A DNA stretch of 63,787 nt, taken from Longimicrobiales bacterium (GTDB lineage: Bacteria > Gemmatimonadota > Gemmatimonadetes > Longimicrobiales > RSA9). The DNA lies in the NCBI GenBank assembly GCA_041568755.1, contig JBFFZF010000002.1:1-63787 (forward strand), written 5' to 3'. The notes beneath the pieces were generated by a model. The model saw nothing but the letters and a program-made list of their open reading frames with translations, made no database searches and was not told the DNA's origin. The position numbers and the translations under genes were made by a program. Shown piece after piece: positions 27,713 to 37,636 of the stretch (within the stretch, counting starts at the first letter, position 1; each line of letters opens with the position of its first letter).

Positions 27713-29515
27713 GTGACGATGCGGTGGAAGGCGATCGACGACGCAGTACGGCGCGCGCGGGCCACGCTCGTGCGATTTCCGTTCGTTCTGCTGGCCGGCT
27801 TCGTCTGCGCCACGGCCGCACTGATCGCGATCGAGCAGCAGATGGACGACAGCTGGCTCGAGGTGATGGTCTCTGCCACGCTCGGGCTGCCCCTGCTGTT
27901 CGCGATCACGATGACCGGAGAACGCCGGCGCTGGCCGGCCGCGTGGCGCGTGGCCGCGGGTATGATCGGCCTGGGCGCCGTCGCGCTCTTCTGGTGGGGC
28001 GTGACCGGCTGGAGCGAGGTGCTGACCGCGACGCGCTACGTGCAGCTCAACCTGGCCTGCCACCTGCTCGCCGCCTTCCTGCCGTTCGTGGCCGCCGGCA
28101 CGCTGAACGGGTTCTGGCAGTACAACCGCAGCCTGTTCCTGCGCTTCCTGATCGGCGCGGTATACACAGTCGTGCTCTTCGCCGGGCTGGCCATCGCGCT
28201 GCTCGCGATCGACAACCTGTTCGGGGTGAACGTCTCCGGGCAGTGGTACGTACGCCTGCTCGCCGTCCTGGCCTTCATCTTCAATCCCTGGTTCTTCCTG
28301 GCCGGCGTACCGGCCGATCTTGATGCGCTCGACGGTGTCGAAGACTACCCGATCGGGCTCAAGGTCTTCACGCAGTTCGTGCTGATCCCGCTGGTCAGTG
28401 TGTACATCGTGATCCTCACGCTGTACCTCGTGCGCATCCTGGTGACGCAGACGTGGCCGAGCGGCTGGATCGGCTGGCTGGTGTCGAGCGTTGCCGCCGC
28501 GGGCACGCTCGCGCTGCTCCTGGTCCATCCCATCCGGGAACGCGCCGACAGTCGCTGGGTCGATGTCTACGGTCGCTGGTTCTACGTGGCGCTGCTGCCC
28601 TCGATCGCGATGCTGCTGATGGCGATCTGGCAGCGCATCCAGCAGTACGCGATCACGGAGAACCGCTACTTCCTGCTGGTGGGCTGCGTCTGGCTGGGCG
28701 GCATCGCGCTCTACTACGGGATCACCGGGTCGAAGAACATCCGCGTGATCCCGTTGACCCTGTGTCTGGTCGCGCTGCTCACGTATGCAGGGCCATGGTC
28801 CGCATACAACGTCGCGCGCGACAGTCAGCTGAACCGGTTCCGCACGATCCTGCGCAGCAACGACATGCTTGCGGACGGGCAGCTGCAGCGGCCGCCGGCC
28901 AGCGGCGTTCCGGTGGACGATCGGCGCGAACTGAGCGCGATCCTGCGCTACACGATCGACACGCACGGCCAGGCTGCGCTCGCCGCCATCGATCCCGTGC
29001 TGGCCGACACGGCGGGCATCGCGAGCCTGCAACCGGTCAGCGGGCGCACCGATCATCCGGCTGCGGAGCTGGCCATGCAGCGCATCGGTCTGGAGTACCT
29101 GACGCGGTGGGAGCGGGCGGAGGCCGGACAGTTCTTCTACGGGCAGCAGCCGGCGAGCGCGCCCATCCAGGTGGCCGGCTTCGAAACGATGTACCGCGTC
29201 AATCTGATGGCGAGGTCGGCGCTGGCGGTGGGGTCGGACACCCTGGTGCTGGGCCCGCTGGCCGGCGACAGCCTCCCGTGGTCGTGGCGGGGCCGGCCCG
29301 CGGCGGCGATCGCGCTGCGTACGATGATCGAGGGGCTGATGGTCCGCGGCGTACCGCGCGAGCCGACGGAGGAGGAAGCCATGCGCCTGGTCCACGATGC
29401 TGCCGCGGACGATGTGCGGCTGCGGCTGATCATCACGCAGATCAACGGCCGGAGGACCGACACGGGCAGTGCGATTTCCTCGGCGCAGGCCGACGTGCTC
29501 GTCGGCCGCCAGTGA
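27713..29515 (+). CDS. Polytopic membrane protein (DUF4153-like) with a soluble C-terminal region
   Basis: About 10-12 hydrophobic helices in the first 350 aa. The family call is from memory only. Confidence 0.55.
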   Translation: MTMRWKAIDDAVRRARATLVRFPFVLLAGFVCATAALIAIEQQMDDSWLEVMVSATLGLPLLFAITMTGERRRWPAAWRVAAGMIGLGAVALFWWGVTGWSEVLTATRYVQLNLACHLLAAFLPFVAAGTLNGFWQYNRSLFLRFLIGAVYTVVLFAGLAIALLAIDNLFGVNVSGQWYVRLLAVLAFIFNPWFFLAGVPADLDALDGVEDYPIGLKVFTQFVLIPLVSVYIVILTLYLVRILVTQTWPSGWIGWLVSSVAAAGTLALLLVHPIRERADSRWVDVYGRWFYVALLPSIAMLLMAIWQRIQQYAITENRYFLLVGCVWLGGIALYYGITGSKNIRVIPLTLCLVALLTYAGPWSAYNVARDSQLNRFRTILRSNDMLADGQLQRPPASGVPVDDRRELSAILRYTIDTHGQAALAAIDPVLADTAGIASLQPVSGRTDHPAAELAMQRIGLEYLTRWERAEAGQFFYGQQPASAPIQVAGFETMYRVNLMARSALAVGSDTLVLGPLAGDSLPWSWRGRPAAAIALRTMIEGLMVRGVPREPTEEEAMRLVHDAAADDVRLRLIITQINGRRTDTGSAISSAQADVLVGRQ

Positions 29516-29669
29516 GCGCGCGCAGCCCATGACGCCGGTGCAGAACGCGGCGGCGGGCCACGGCAGGGTCCCTCGGCCGACTCGCGCCGCGGTCGCTGCG
29601 CCCGGCGCATTGCAGTCGCCCCACGAACCGGCATATACTGCAATCCACCCGATCCCAGGATGGCCTCCG

Positions 29670-30251
29670 ATGATCCGCACGCTCACCTGCATGATCGTCA
29701 CGGTGTTCGCCGCGCAGAACCTGTCGGCGCAGGCGCCACCAGCCGACCAGATCGCGGCCGCAGCACTGGCCGCGCCGGCGGACCGGCGCGACGCCGCGAC
29801 CGTGCTGGGCTACGACGCGGGCGGCCGGCTCGTGACGCTGCGCCAGGGCAGCAACGACCTGATCTGTACGGCCGACGATCCGAAGACGGACGGCTTCGAA
29901 ACGTCGTGTTACCATACCTCGCTCGAGCCGTACATGGCGCGCGGCCGTGCGCTGCTCGCGCAGGGCGTCACGGCCGCGGATCAGAGGAACGCGATCCGCT
30001 GGAAGGAAGCGCAGGAAGGGAAGCTGCCGCTGCCTGATGCGAGCGCGATGCAGTACATCCTGTCGGGCCGCTCGTTCGATCCGGCGACCTCGACAGTCGA
30101 CGGCGAGTACCGCCGATCGGTCATCTACATACCCGGCGCGACCGAGGCCTCGACCGGACTGTCCCGCCGCGCTTCGACGACGGACCCGTGGATCATGTAT
30201 CCGGGGACGCCGGGCGCGCACATCATGATCACACCGCCGCGCGCACGCTAG
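29670..30251 (+). CDS. Secreted hypothetical protein
   Basis: Internal start MIRTLTCMIVTVFAAQNLSAQA (signal peptide). Good GC3 codon bias. Confidence 0.55.
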   Translation: MIRTLTCMIVTVFAAQNLSAQAPPADQIAAAALAAPADRRDAATVLGYDAGGRLVTLRQGSNDLICTADDPKTDGFETSCYHTSLEPYMARGRALLAQGVTAADQRNAIRWKEAQEGKLPLPDASAMQYILSGRSFDPATSTVDGEYRRSVIYIPGATEASTGLSRRASTTDPWIMYPGTPGAHIMITPPRAR

Positions 30252-30324
30252 CGCTTCTCTTCCCTCTCCCGCCGCGCGTGCCGTGAGCCCGGAGGAAGGC
30301 GGTGGTCGAGGCGATCGGAGGTTC

Positions 30325-31023
30325 ATGGTGCAGGAAAAGCGCTCGCGCACGTTCAATACGGGCTGTCCGGGTGCCGCGCTCCTGCTGAGTGCGATGATCG
30401 CGTCCGGCGTGAACGCCCAGGTCCGCAACATGCCGGTGTTCTTCGAGCCCGCGTACGCCTGGGACAAGCGCGCCGGGATCGACGCCGCTCACTTCGCCGA
30501 AGCGGACGGGACGACGGTCACGGCGAGCGGGACATGGCAGTTCTGGATCGGCAACTGTCGACGCCTCTCCGTGTCCGGTGCGGCCGGCATCATGAACCCG
30601 GGCGGCCCGGCCGGCGCGCGCTTCACGAGCGCCATCGGCGCACAGGTCCTGCTCAACCCCTGCCCGAGCGTGCTGTCGGTGTCGGCCGTGACATTCCGCT
30701 TCGTCACGGGTGCGGGCGTCGTACACGGCGAGGATGTGACGGCGTGGAATGTGCCGATCGGGGTGGGTGTCGGCTGGAAACTGCCCATCGCCGTCGTACA
30801 GATGGAGCCGTGGTTCGTGCCGCACGCGGTGTACCGCGATCCACTCGGGTCGGGCGATCCGCCCGTCAACGCGCCGGCGTCACGAAGCCGACCCGGCCAC
30901 TGGACGGGCGCGCTGTCCGCCGGCGTGACGGCGGGGCTGGGCGAAGTTGCGGGGTTGCGCATCGGGGCGACGTGCTGCCGGGGCGGGGTCGGCCTGGCGT
31001 ACGGCGTGAGTCTCTGGTTCTGA
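30325..31023 (+). CDS. Hypothetical outer-membrane beta-barrel-like protein
   Basis: Signal peptide ...MIASGVNAQ, Gly/aromatic-rich alternating strands, C-terminal ...GVSLWF. Confidence 0.5.
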   Translation: MVQEKRSRTFNTGCPGAALLLSAMIASGVNAQVRNMPVFFEPAYAWDKRAGIDAAHFAEADGTTVTASGTWQFWIGNCRRLSVSGAAGIMNPGGPAGARFTSAIGAQVLLNPCPSVLSVSAVTFRFVTGAGVVHGEDVTAWNVPIGVGVGWKLPIAVVQMEPWFVPHAVYRDPLGSGDPPVNAPASRSRPGHWTGALSAGVTAGLGEVAGLRIGATCCRGGVGLAYGVSLWF

Positions 31024-31032
31024 CGGGCCGCG

Positions 31033-32499
31033 ATGCACGAGCGCCGGTTCCTGACCGATGTCGCACGGCAGTTCCGCTCGCTGGAGACGCGCGGCGAGCG
31101 CATCGCCGTGCTGCACGGCTTCGGCAAGGAGTTCCGCGACAAACGCTACAGCATCTTCCACGACCGGGGCGGGCTGCACAACCACTTCCAGGGCATCGGC
31201 CGCATCGGCAATCACCTGTTCGTGTCAGGCAGTTACCCGTGGAAGAAGAAGCGGGCCGACATGTTCGTCTTCCACCTGGGGACGCGCGCGGCCGATCCGG
31301 GGCCGTGGGGCTCCAACCTCGTGCGCACGCGCGAGCCGGCGAACGGCGATCGGCTCGTGAGCTACTTCCAGGTCGATGACAATCTGTGGCACGCCGGGTC
31401 CTTCGCGATCCTCGACTCGACGCTGATCGTACCGCTGGAGGGCGATGCGGCCGGCTCACGCGTCACGGCGCTCGACGTCACGAAACCGGACAAGCCTCGC
31501 CGTCTGAGCCGCGACATCGTGCGGGCGGAGCACAAGGCGGGCGTCTGCGCGGCGACGGCGTTGCCCGGCGGGCATCTGCTGCTGGGCGTGTGGACCGACA
31601 GCGACAAGGATGCGGCCGGTCAACCGCTGCCGTATCACCTCGACCTCTACGTGTCGGAGACGCCCGGCTCGATCGATGATTTCCGGCTGGCCGGTACGTT
31701 CGTGGCGCCCGACGACCACGGTTTCCACCGCCAGTTCCAGGGTCTGGACTTCGTCTGGGAACGGAACGCGGACGGTGAGAAACTCTTCCTGATCGGCTTC
31801 GAGAACACGTCGCCGGTCCAGCCGCACCCGACCGACCCGGGTGAGAACCGCGCGTATCTGTTCGATGTGCTGCTGCCCGAGGCATGGCTCGACGAGGACC
31901 CGGTCTTTGCCGACGGCGTTCTGCCGTTTCCTCCCGGCGCGGTCAACTTCGTGACGGCGCGCATCCTGGATCAGGCCGGTGACTGGTACAACATGGATGC
32001 CGGGGCGAGCGCCTACGTCGATTCGAACCAGCAGCTCATCGTCTACGCGGTCTACCATTTCCTGACGCCGTTCCGCGGGAAGAAGACCGGTGACGTGCTG
32101 GTCCTCAAGTGCATGGAGTACCGCGCGCGGAGCTTCGCCGACATCGTCGATCACATCGAAGACGCCTGGGTCGAGCTGTACGAGGAGCCCGCGTGCACGG
32201 GCCGACGCGTCACGCTGCTCGGTCCTCTGGACGCCTCGTTCGAGGACACGAAGCACTGCTTCGCCGAGGACCGGTCCTTCCAGAAGGTCCAGTCCGCGCG
32301 CTGGCAGATACCGGCCGACCGCGCCTTCGTGCTGTATCGCAGAAAGCGGTACGAAGGCGATGGCGCGCTGGTGCTGCGTGGTGATGGCACGGTGCACACG
32401 GTCGAAGTCACCGACACCGGTTTCGAGGGTGGCGTAGGCTCGTTCCGGTTCCTGCCCGTGTCCGTCGCCGAGGCGCTGCCGGGCGCCACCGTGCTCTGA
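31033..32499 (+). CDS. Hypothetical cytoplasmic protein; the C-terminal ~110 aa may be beta/gamma-crystallin-like
   Basis: 488 aa, no signal peptide, strong coding bias. The C-terminal pattern WVELYEEPACTGRRVTLLG...AFVLYRRKRYEGDGALVLRGDG underlies the tentative fold call. Confidence 0.6.
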   Translation: MHERRFLTDVARQFRSLETRGERIAVLHGFGKEFRDKRYSIFHDRGGLHNHFQGIGRIGNHLFVSGSYPWKKKRADMFVFHLGTRAADPGPWGSNLVRTREPANGDRLVSYFQVDDNLWHAGSFAILDSTLIVPLEGDAAGSRVTALDVTKPDKPRRLSRDIVRAEHKAGVCAATALPGGHLLLGVWTDSDKDAAGQPLPYHLDLYVSETPGSIDDFRLAGTFVAPDDHGFHRQFQGLDFVWERNADGEKLFLIGFENTSPVQPHPTDPGENRAYLFDVLLPEAWLDEDPVFADGVLPFPPGAVNFVTARILDQAGDWYNMDAGASAYVDSNQQLIVYAVYHFLTPFRGKKTGDVLVLKCMEYRARSFADIVDHIEDAWVELYEEPACTGRRVTLLGPLDASFEDTKHCFAEDRSFQKVQSARWQIPADRAFVLYRRKRYEGDGALVLRGDGTVHTVEVTDTGFEGGVGSFRFLPVSVAEALPGATVL

Positions 32500-32521
32500 G
32501 GCCGCAGCCGCGACCGGTCTC

Positions 32522-33664
32522 TTGCGCGACGCGATCCTCGTTCTGCACCGCTGGCTCGGCCTCAGCGTCGGCATCGTCTTCGGCATCGCCTCGCTGACGG
32601 GGGCGGTGCTCGTCTTCGAGACGGAACTCGACGCACGGTTGAACCGCGGCCGGTTCGCGGTCTCGCCGGGGATGATCGCGCCTCCCGCGCTGGACGCGGC
32701 GCTGGGTTCGATCGCCGGCGACGCACGGGTCCGCCGCGTGCGCTGGCCGCACGCGCGCGAGCCGGTCTTCGAAGTGGAGCTGGAGGAAGAGGCAGGCCCA
32801 CGGATCCTCTGGCTGGACCCGGGCACCGGCGAGGAGATCCGGCCCGTACGCGGACGCAACCGGCTCGTGCCGGCGATCCGGCGCACGCACACGACGCTCT
32901 TCGCGGGCGTCGTCGGGCACTGGCTGGTGACCGTGTCGTGCGCGCTCGCCCTGATCGGGCTCATCACCGGCCTCATCCTCTGGTGGCCCGGCCTGGCCCG
33001 CTTCGCGCACGGGTTCGCGATCCGGCTGCGACGCGGACTCTGGATCTTCAATTACGATGTCCATCAGGTCCTCGGCACGCTGGCGTTCCCGCTGCTCATC
33101 GCGCTGACCCTGACCGGCGTGCTGATCCCGTTCCCGGCCGCGACCAGCGCGCTGGCGCGCCCGTTCGTCGGCACGGCGGAACCGGAGCCGTCGGGCGCGG
33201 CCGCGGCGCAGCTTCCGTTGCGTGTCGACGCCGAAGCGGGCAGCGAAACGCCGTTCACCGGTGTCGCGGATCTGATCGAGCGGGCGACGGCTGCCGCCGG
33301 CGGCGAAGCCGAACCGGATGTCGTCGTGTTCCCGGCTCAGGCTACGGAACCGGTCGATGTCCGGCTGCGCATTCGACCGCCGGGCCAGGCGGGCGGGACG
33401 GTACGTGTCTGGATCGATCCGGGCAGCGGCGCCGTGCTGCGTGTGCGGGACCCGCGCGTCCTGCCGCCCGCCGAGCGCATCGCCACGATCGACGTGTTCA
33501 ACGTGCACATCGGCGCGTTCGGCGGCGCAGTCGTCCGCTGGTTGTGGTTCGGCACGTGCCTGATCGGGGCGATGTCCCTGCCCACGGGCGTGCTGATCTG
33601 GTGGCTGAAGCGGGCACGCAAGCTGCGTTCGGCCGACGCGAGGGCCGGTCGGCGGGACGTCTGA
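32522..33664 (+). CDS. PepSY-associated TM helix protein (PiuB-like)
   Basis: N-terminus ...ILVLHRWLGLSVGIVFGIASLTGAVLVFETELD and a C-terminal TM helix before a basic tail. TTG start. Confidence 0.8.
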   Translation: MRDAILVLHRWLGLSVGIVFGIASLTGAVLVFETELDARLNRGRFAVSPGMIAPPALDAALGSIAGDARVRRVRWPHAREPVFEVELEEEAGPRILWLDPGTGEEIRPVRGRNRLVPAIRRTHTTLFAGVVGHWLVTVSCALALIGLITGLILWWPGLARFAHGFAIRLRRGLWIFNYDVHQVLGTLAFPLLIALTLTGVLIPFPAATSALARPFVGTAEPEPSGAAAAQLPLRVDAEAGSETPFTGVADLIERATAAAGGEAEPDVVVFPAQATEPVDVRLRIRPPGQAGGTVRVWIDPGSGAVLRVRDPRVLPPAERIATIDVFNVHIGAFGGAVVRWLWFGTCLIGAMSLPTGVLIWWLKRARKLRSADARAGRRDV

Positions 33665-33677
33665 CGCCAGTGCGGAC

Positions 33678-34706
33678 TCAGGTCGGCGGTGCTGCGCGGC
33701 GTGCGGCGAGCTCGTCGCGTCGCCCGGCGGGGAGCCGGCTCAGCACGGCTTCGCGCAGGCCCGGCGTCACGAAGCGGTAGACGGACGTGATGTCACCGTC
33801 CTCCAGGTCGCGCAATCCGATGGATTTCACGATGCCCTGCCGGACCGCGACGGCCAGCAGGTCCTCCGTCTCCAGCTCGTCACGGCCCGTGACGCGCGCG
33901 AGTTCGTTGCCTTCGAATTCCTCGCCGATCACGGCGGCCGCCTCGACCATCGATGCCGCGCCCGGCGCGAGCCCCTCGAGCGCCGAAAGAACCTCGGATG
34001 TACGCGGCGCGACGGCGTGCACGATGCAGCGTTCGGGCGGCAGCGCACCCGCGCCCGCGTGGATCGGGGCGAGCGGATCGCCCTGCCGCGACCGCCGCAC
34101 CGACCCGACCACGAGCAGACGCGCGCCGACGGGCGCGTCCCGGATGAGTCGGCACAGCGCACCGGCACCTGCCCGGTCGGCCTCGTGCAGGTCACGTGCG
34201 ATGATGGCGACCGGCCGGCGCTGCGCGGAGCGCAGGATCTGGCGGACAGCCGGCGGCCGCTCGGGGCCGCTGCTCCTGTTGCGCACGCGACCCACCGTCA
34301 TGATGACGGCGGCCAGGAGATTCCCCAGGCCGGGGATCGCGCCGATCCATTCCGGCAGCACACGCTCGCCGGCCTCTCCGATGCGCACGTTGTACAGCCG
34401 GTCGGACCAGTTGCGGCCGAGATGTTCGGCGGCCAGGGCGACGGGATCATAGGCCGCCTCGGCACCGGGGCCGAGGTCGATGAGTTCGACGTGCGGGTCC
34501 GCGGGGCGTGACACGACCTGAACAGCGCTGGCGGCGTCGGCCGGATCGATCGCCTCGAGGAGGAGCAGCGTGGGCAGGCCGCTGGCCGCGCGGGACAGGG
34601 CGCGCTTGAATGCGGCGGACTCGGCCTCGAGCCCGTCCGGGTCCGGCCAGTCGGGAAGCTCGACGTCGTCGAACGGAGGCGGCGGAACGGTCGCGCGGCG
34701 TTCCAT
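33678..34706 (-). CDS. Truncated, Walker-A-less paralogue of the upstream STAND/AAA ATPase
   Basis: It aligns by eye with the NTPase module of the 34716-37367 product: PEWIGAIPGLGNLLAAV vs PYWLGVVPLVGGLLAAT, IIARDLHEAD vs LFLDDLHWAD, and YRFVTPGLREAVLSRL vs YRFRHPLVRTVLYRQV. At the Walker A position it has EAIDPADAAS. Confidence 0.7.
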   Translation of the reverse strand: MERRATVPPPPFDDVELPDWPDPDGLEAESAAFKRALSRAASGLPTLLLLEAIDPADAASAVQVVSRPADPHVELIDLGPGAEAAYDPVALAAEHLGRNWSDRLYNVRIGEAGERVLPEWIGAIPGLGNLLAAVIMTVGRVRNRSSGPERPPAVRQILRSAQRRPVAIIARDLHEADRAGAGALCRLIRDAPVGARLLVVGSVRRSRQGDPLAPIHAGAGALPPERCIVHAVAPRTSEVLSALEGLAPGAASMVEAAAVIGEEFEGNELARVTGRDELETEDLLAVAVRQGIVKSIGLRDLEDGDITSVYRFVTPGLREAVLSRLPAGRRDELAARRAAPPT

Positions 34707-34715
34707 GACCTCGGG

Positions 34716-37367
34716 CTACGCAGCCAGCGCGCTGCGCAGCGAGGCGAGGCGGGCGTGCAGCGGAGGCGACTGGATCCGTTCGATGGCGTCGGCGGCGCTC
34801 GCGACGATCCCTGCTGCCCGTGTCTCATCCACGCGTCGCGCGAGTTCCGCGCGCTCGATGACGGTGCGCGCCCACAGGTAGACATCGCGCGGCTGCACGG
34901 CGGCGGCGGCGCGCTCGAGCCGCGCGTCCGCCGCACCGACATCGCCGGCGGCAAACTCCCTGCGCGCCAGGAACAGCTCGGCCAGATCGCGGTCCTCGAA
35001 CCACGCACCGCTCTTCTCGAGGAGTGCGAGCAGGGCCGCCGCCTGCTCCGCGGCGTCGGTGTCACGTTCGAGCGCGAGCATACAGAGGCCCAGGCCGCTG
35101 CGCGCGACGGCCTCGGACTGCCACAGTTCGAGGTGGCGGGCGTGTTCGAGCAGGTCCTCGTACCGTTCCGCGGCGGCCGCGTGCTCGTCCTGCAGCCGGG
35201 CGCATTCGGCCAGACCGAAGAGCGACTGCACGATGCTCGCACGGTCGCGCTTCTCGTGGATCGCGCGTGCGCGCAGCAACATGTGTTCGGCGTCGGCGAA
35301 CATACCGACCCGCAGCATGACCATGCCCAGGTTGTGACAGGCCGCGGCGATGCCGTTCGGATCGCCCATCCGCTCGAAGCCGGTGAGCACGTGCCCGAAA
35401 TCGTCGAGCGCGTCGCGGTACCTGCCCATCTTCGCGTTGGCCACACCGGCGATGGCGTGGTACCGGGCCAGCAGAACGGGGTCCTGGATGCTGAACGCGA
35501 CTTCGAGCGCGCGGCGCAGCGGTTCGAACGCGGCCTCGACGCGGCCTTCGATGAAGACGTACCGCACGGCGAGCCGCTCGAGCGCGTCGACCAGCAGCAG
35601 TGGTTCGTCGAGCGACTCCGCTATGCGCACCGCCTCGATGGAGAAGGCCGCATCGTTGCTCGCATCGGGCAGCCGGGTCAGCTCGATCAGGATGTGACAG
35701 CGCTCGACCAGGTCGTCCTGCGCGCGATCCAGCAGTTCGGTCAGCTGTCCGACCAGGACGGGGGCCGGCGCGAGGCCGGCCTTGCGCTGCACGGTCACGC
35801 TCTTGCGCTCGAGTCGTGCGGTCGTCGCGCCGTCCGTTTTGCCGGTTGCAGCCCTGTACTCTTCGACGGCGCGCGCGTACTGGCCCACGCGATCGTGGAG
35901 GTCACCGCACCGTTCGCGCACGTGCGCTTCGCCGTCGGGGTCCGTGTTGCGCAGCGCGATGTCGAACAGATCGAGCGCTTCCCAGTTCGCGAAGATCGCG
36001 GCAGCGGCGTCGGCAGCGGTGAGCGCGTAGCGACAGGCCCGATCGCGCACGCGGCCGTGATCGAAGTGACGCGCGAGCTGCGGCGCAACGCGGTCGACAT
36101 GGTCGGCCCACAGCGATTCGATTGTCTCACCCGCCTTGCGGTGCACCAGGATGCGCCGCTTGCCCACGACCTGACGGTACAGCACCGTACGGACCAGCGG
36201 GTGGCGGAACCGGTATTCCGACGCGGAGTCGCCGTTCGGCAGATCGATCTCGCCCGTCGCCTCGATCAGCCCGTGCTTTCGTTCGAGCGGCTCGAGGAGA
36301 TCGAGCACATCGAGTTCGTCCTTGTCGAGCAGGCGGGCGAGCAGCACCGAATCGAACTGCGCGCCGCCGATGCTGGCGTACTGCAGCAGGTTCAGCTCGT
36401 CGGGTCCGAGGCGCTGGATGCGCCGTTCGATCACGGCCTCCGCAGAGCGCGGCACGTCGGTCGACTCGGCCGCGTCGGTGAGGTGCCATTCGCCGTCGAT
36501 CTCGACCGCGCCGCCGTTCTGACGGAGCAGTTTGGCCAGCTCCGTCACGAACAGCGGATTACCGCCGGCCGTGCGTTCCACCCAGCGGCGCAGAGGCACG
36601 GTGACCTCGCCACCCAGTTCGTGGGCCAGCACGACATCGAGCGACGCGCTGTCCATCTCGGTGAGCCGGACCCGCGTCGCGACATCTTCGCGTTCGAGCT
36701 CGAGGACCAGCTCGATCAGGGCGGGGTCGTCGTGCTCGACCTGCAGTCCGCGCATCGTCGAGATGATGACGACCGGCAGCTCACCGATGCCGCGGCTCAG
36801 GTAGCCGAGCAGTCCGACGGAGGCGTTGTCGGCCCAGTGCAGGTCATCGAGGAAGAGCAGGAGAGGCGCATCCGCGGCCAGCTGCCGCACGACGTCGAGG
36901 TACTGCATGAACAGCGCTTCGCGCGAGGGCGCTGCGGAACGCTTCATGTGGTCCTGCACCTCCGCGGCCGTCGCGAAGGTCGCGGCCAGGAGCCCGCCGA
37001 CGAGCGGTACGACACCCAGCCAGTACGGGGCCAGTTCCTTGACGAGGCCGGAGACCGTGGCGCGCTGGACCGAGCCCGGCGTGGACTCGTCGGCCAGGTC
37101 GCTGAGGGCTTCGATGAACGGGAGGTAGGGCTCGCCGCCGCCGAACGACTGGGTGCACCGGCCGCGGCCGATGGCGTGGCGGCCGTCGCTCGACAGGCGG
37201 GCCAGCAGCTCCATGACCAGCGTGGTCTTGCCCACGCCGGCGGGGCCCTCGACGAATACGGCCCGGCCGCGGGACTGACCCACGGCCGCGGCGATGACCG
37301 CCTCCAGCCTGTCCAGCTCAGCCTGTCTGCCGACGAACGACATCGTACCGTCCGGCCGCCTGCGCAT
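34716..37367 (-). CDS. STAND-type P-loop NTPase (COG3899-like) with a C-terminal TPR array
   Basis: FVGRQAELDRL..., Walker A GPAGVGKTTL, Walker B LLLFLDDLHWAD, then about 450 aa of TPR-like helical repeats. Start at M74 (37367) or M82 (37343) of the track ORF. Confidence 0.8.
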   Translation of the reverse strand: MRRRPDGTMSFVGRQAELDRLEAVIAAAVGQSRGRAVFVEGPAGVGKTTLVMELLARLSSDGRHAIGRGRCTQSFGGGEPYLPFIEALSDLADESTPGSVQRATVSGLVKELAPYWLGVVPLVGGLLAATFATAAEVQDHMKRSAAPSREALFMQYLDVVRQLAADAPLLLFLDDLHWADNASVGLLGYLSRGIGELPVVIISTMRGLQVEHDDPALIELVLELEREDVATRVRLTEMDSASLDVVLAHELGGEVTVPLRRWVERTAGGNPLFVTELAKLLRQNGGAVEIDGEWHLTDAAESTDVPRSAEAVIERRIQRLGPDELNLLQYASIGGAQFDSVLLARLLDKDELDVLDLLEPLERKHGLIEATGEIDLPNGDSASEYRFRHPLVRTVLYRQVVGKRRILVHRKAGETIESLWADHVDRVAPQLARHFDHGRVRDRACRYALTAADAAAAIFANWEALDLFDIALRNTDPDGEAHVRERCGDLHDRVGQYARAVEEYRAATGKTDGATTARLERKSVTVQRKAGLAPAPVLVGQLTELLDRAQDDLVERCHILIELTRLPDASNDAAFSIEAVRIAESLDEPLLLVDALERLAVRYVFIEGRVEAAFEPLRRALEVAFSIQDPVLLARYHAIAGVANAKMGRYRDALDDFGHVLTGFERMGDPNGIAAACHNLGMVMLRVGMFADAEHMLLRARAIHEKRDRASIVQSLFGLAECARLQDEHAAAAERYEDLLEHARHLELWQSEAVARSGLGLCMLALERDTDAAEQAAALLALLEKSGAWFEDRDLAELFLARREFAAGDVGAADARLERAAAAVQPRDVYLWARTVIERAELARRVDETRAAGIVASAADAIERIQSPPLHARLASLRSALAA

Positions 37368-37636
37368 CAGTGTGGCGGGCGCGATCCCCGCCGGTGAACC
37401 CGCGGAACCGCCCGGAAACGCGGCGGCCGTGGGGAACCCCCGAAAATCGTTGCGTCGACGCACATCTTGCAATGTCCCGCCACTTTGTGACATCCTGGTA
37501 CCCACATTTCTCCACATCCCGGCAGGCCCGTGCCGCTGTTGGCACTGCGCCCAGACGCAGGAAGCGTTCATCCCACTCGAGGACACCGGGACGGGAGCCA
37601 GACCGTATCACTCGCACCCGTCGAACCGAGGTAACG

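Noticed and set aside
26726-29701. 991-aa minus-strand ORF
   Set aside because: It is antisense to the DUF1111 and DUF4153-like genes. It has no motifs and shadow-ORF composition.
34755-37397. 880-aa + strand ORF
   Set aside because: It is antisense to the STAND/TPR NTPase, which carries Walker A and B motifs. It is a shadow ORF.
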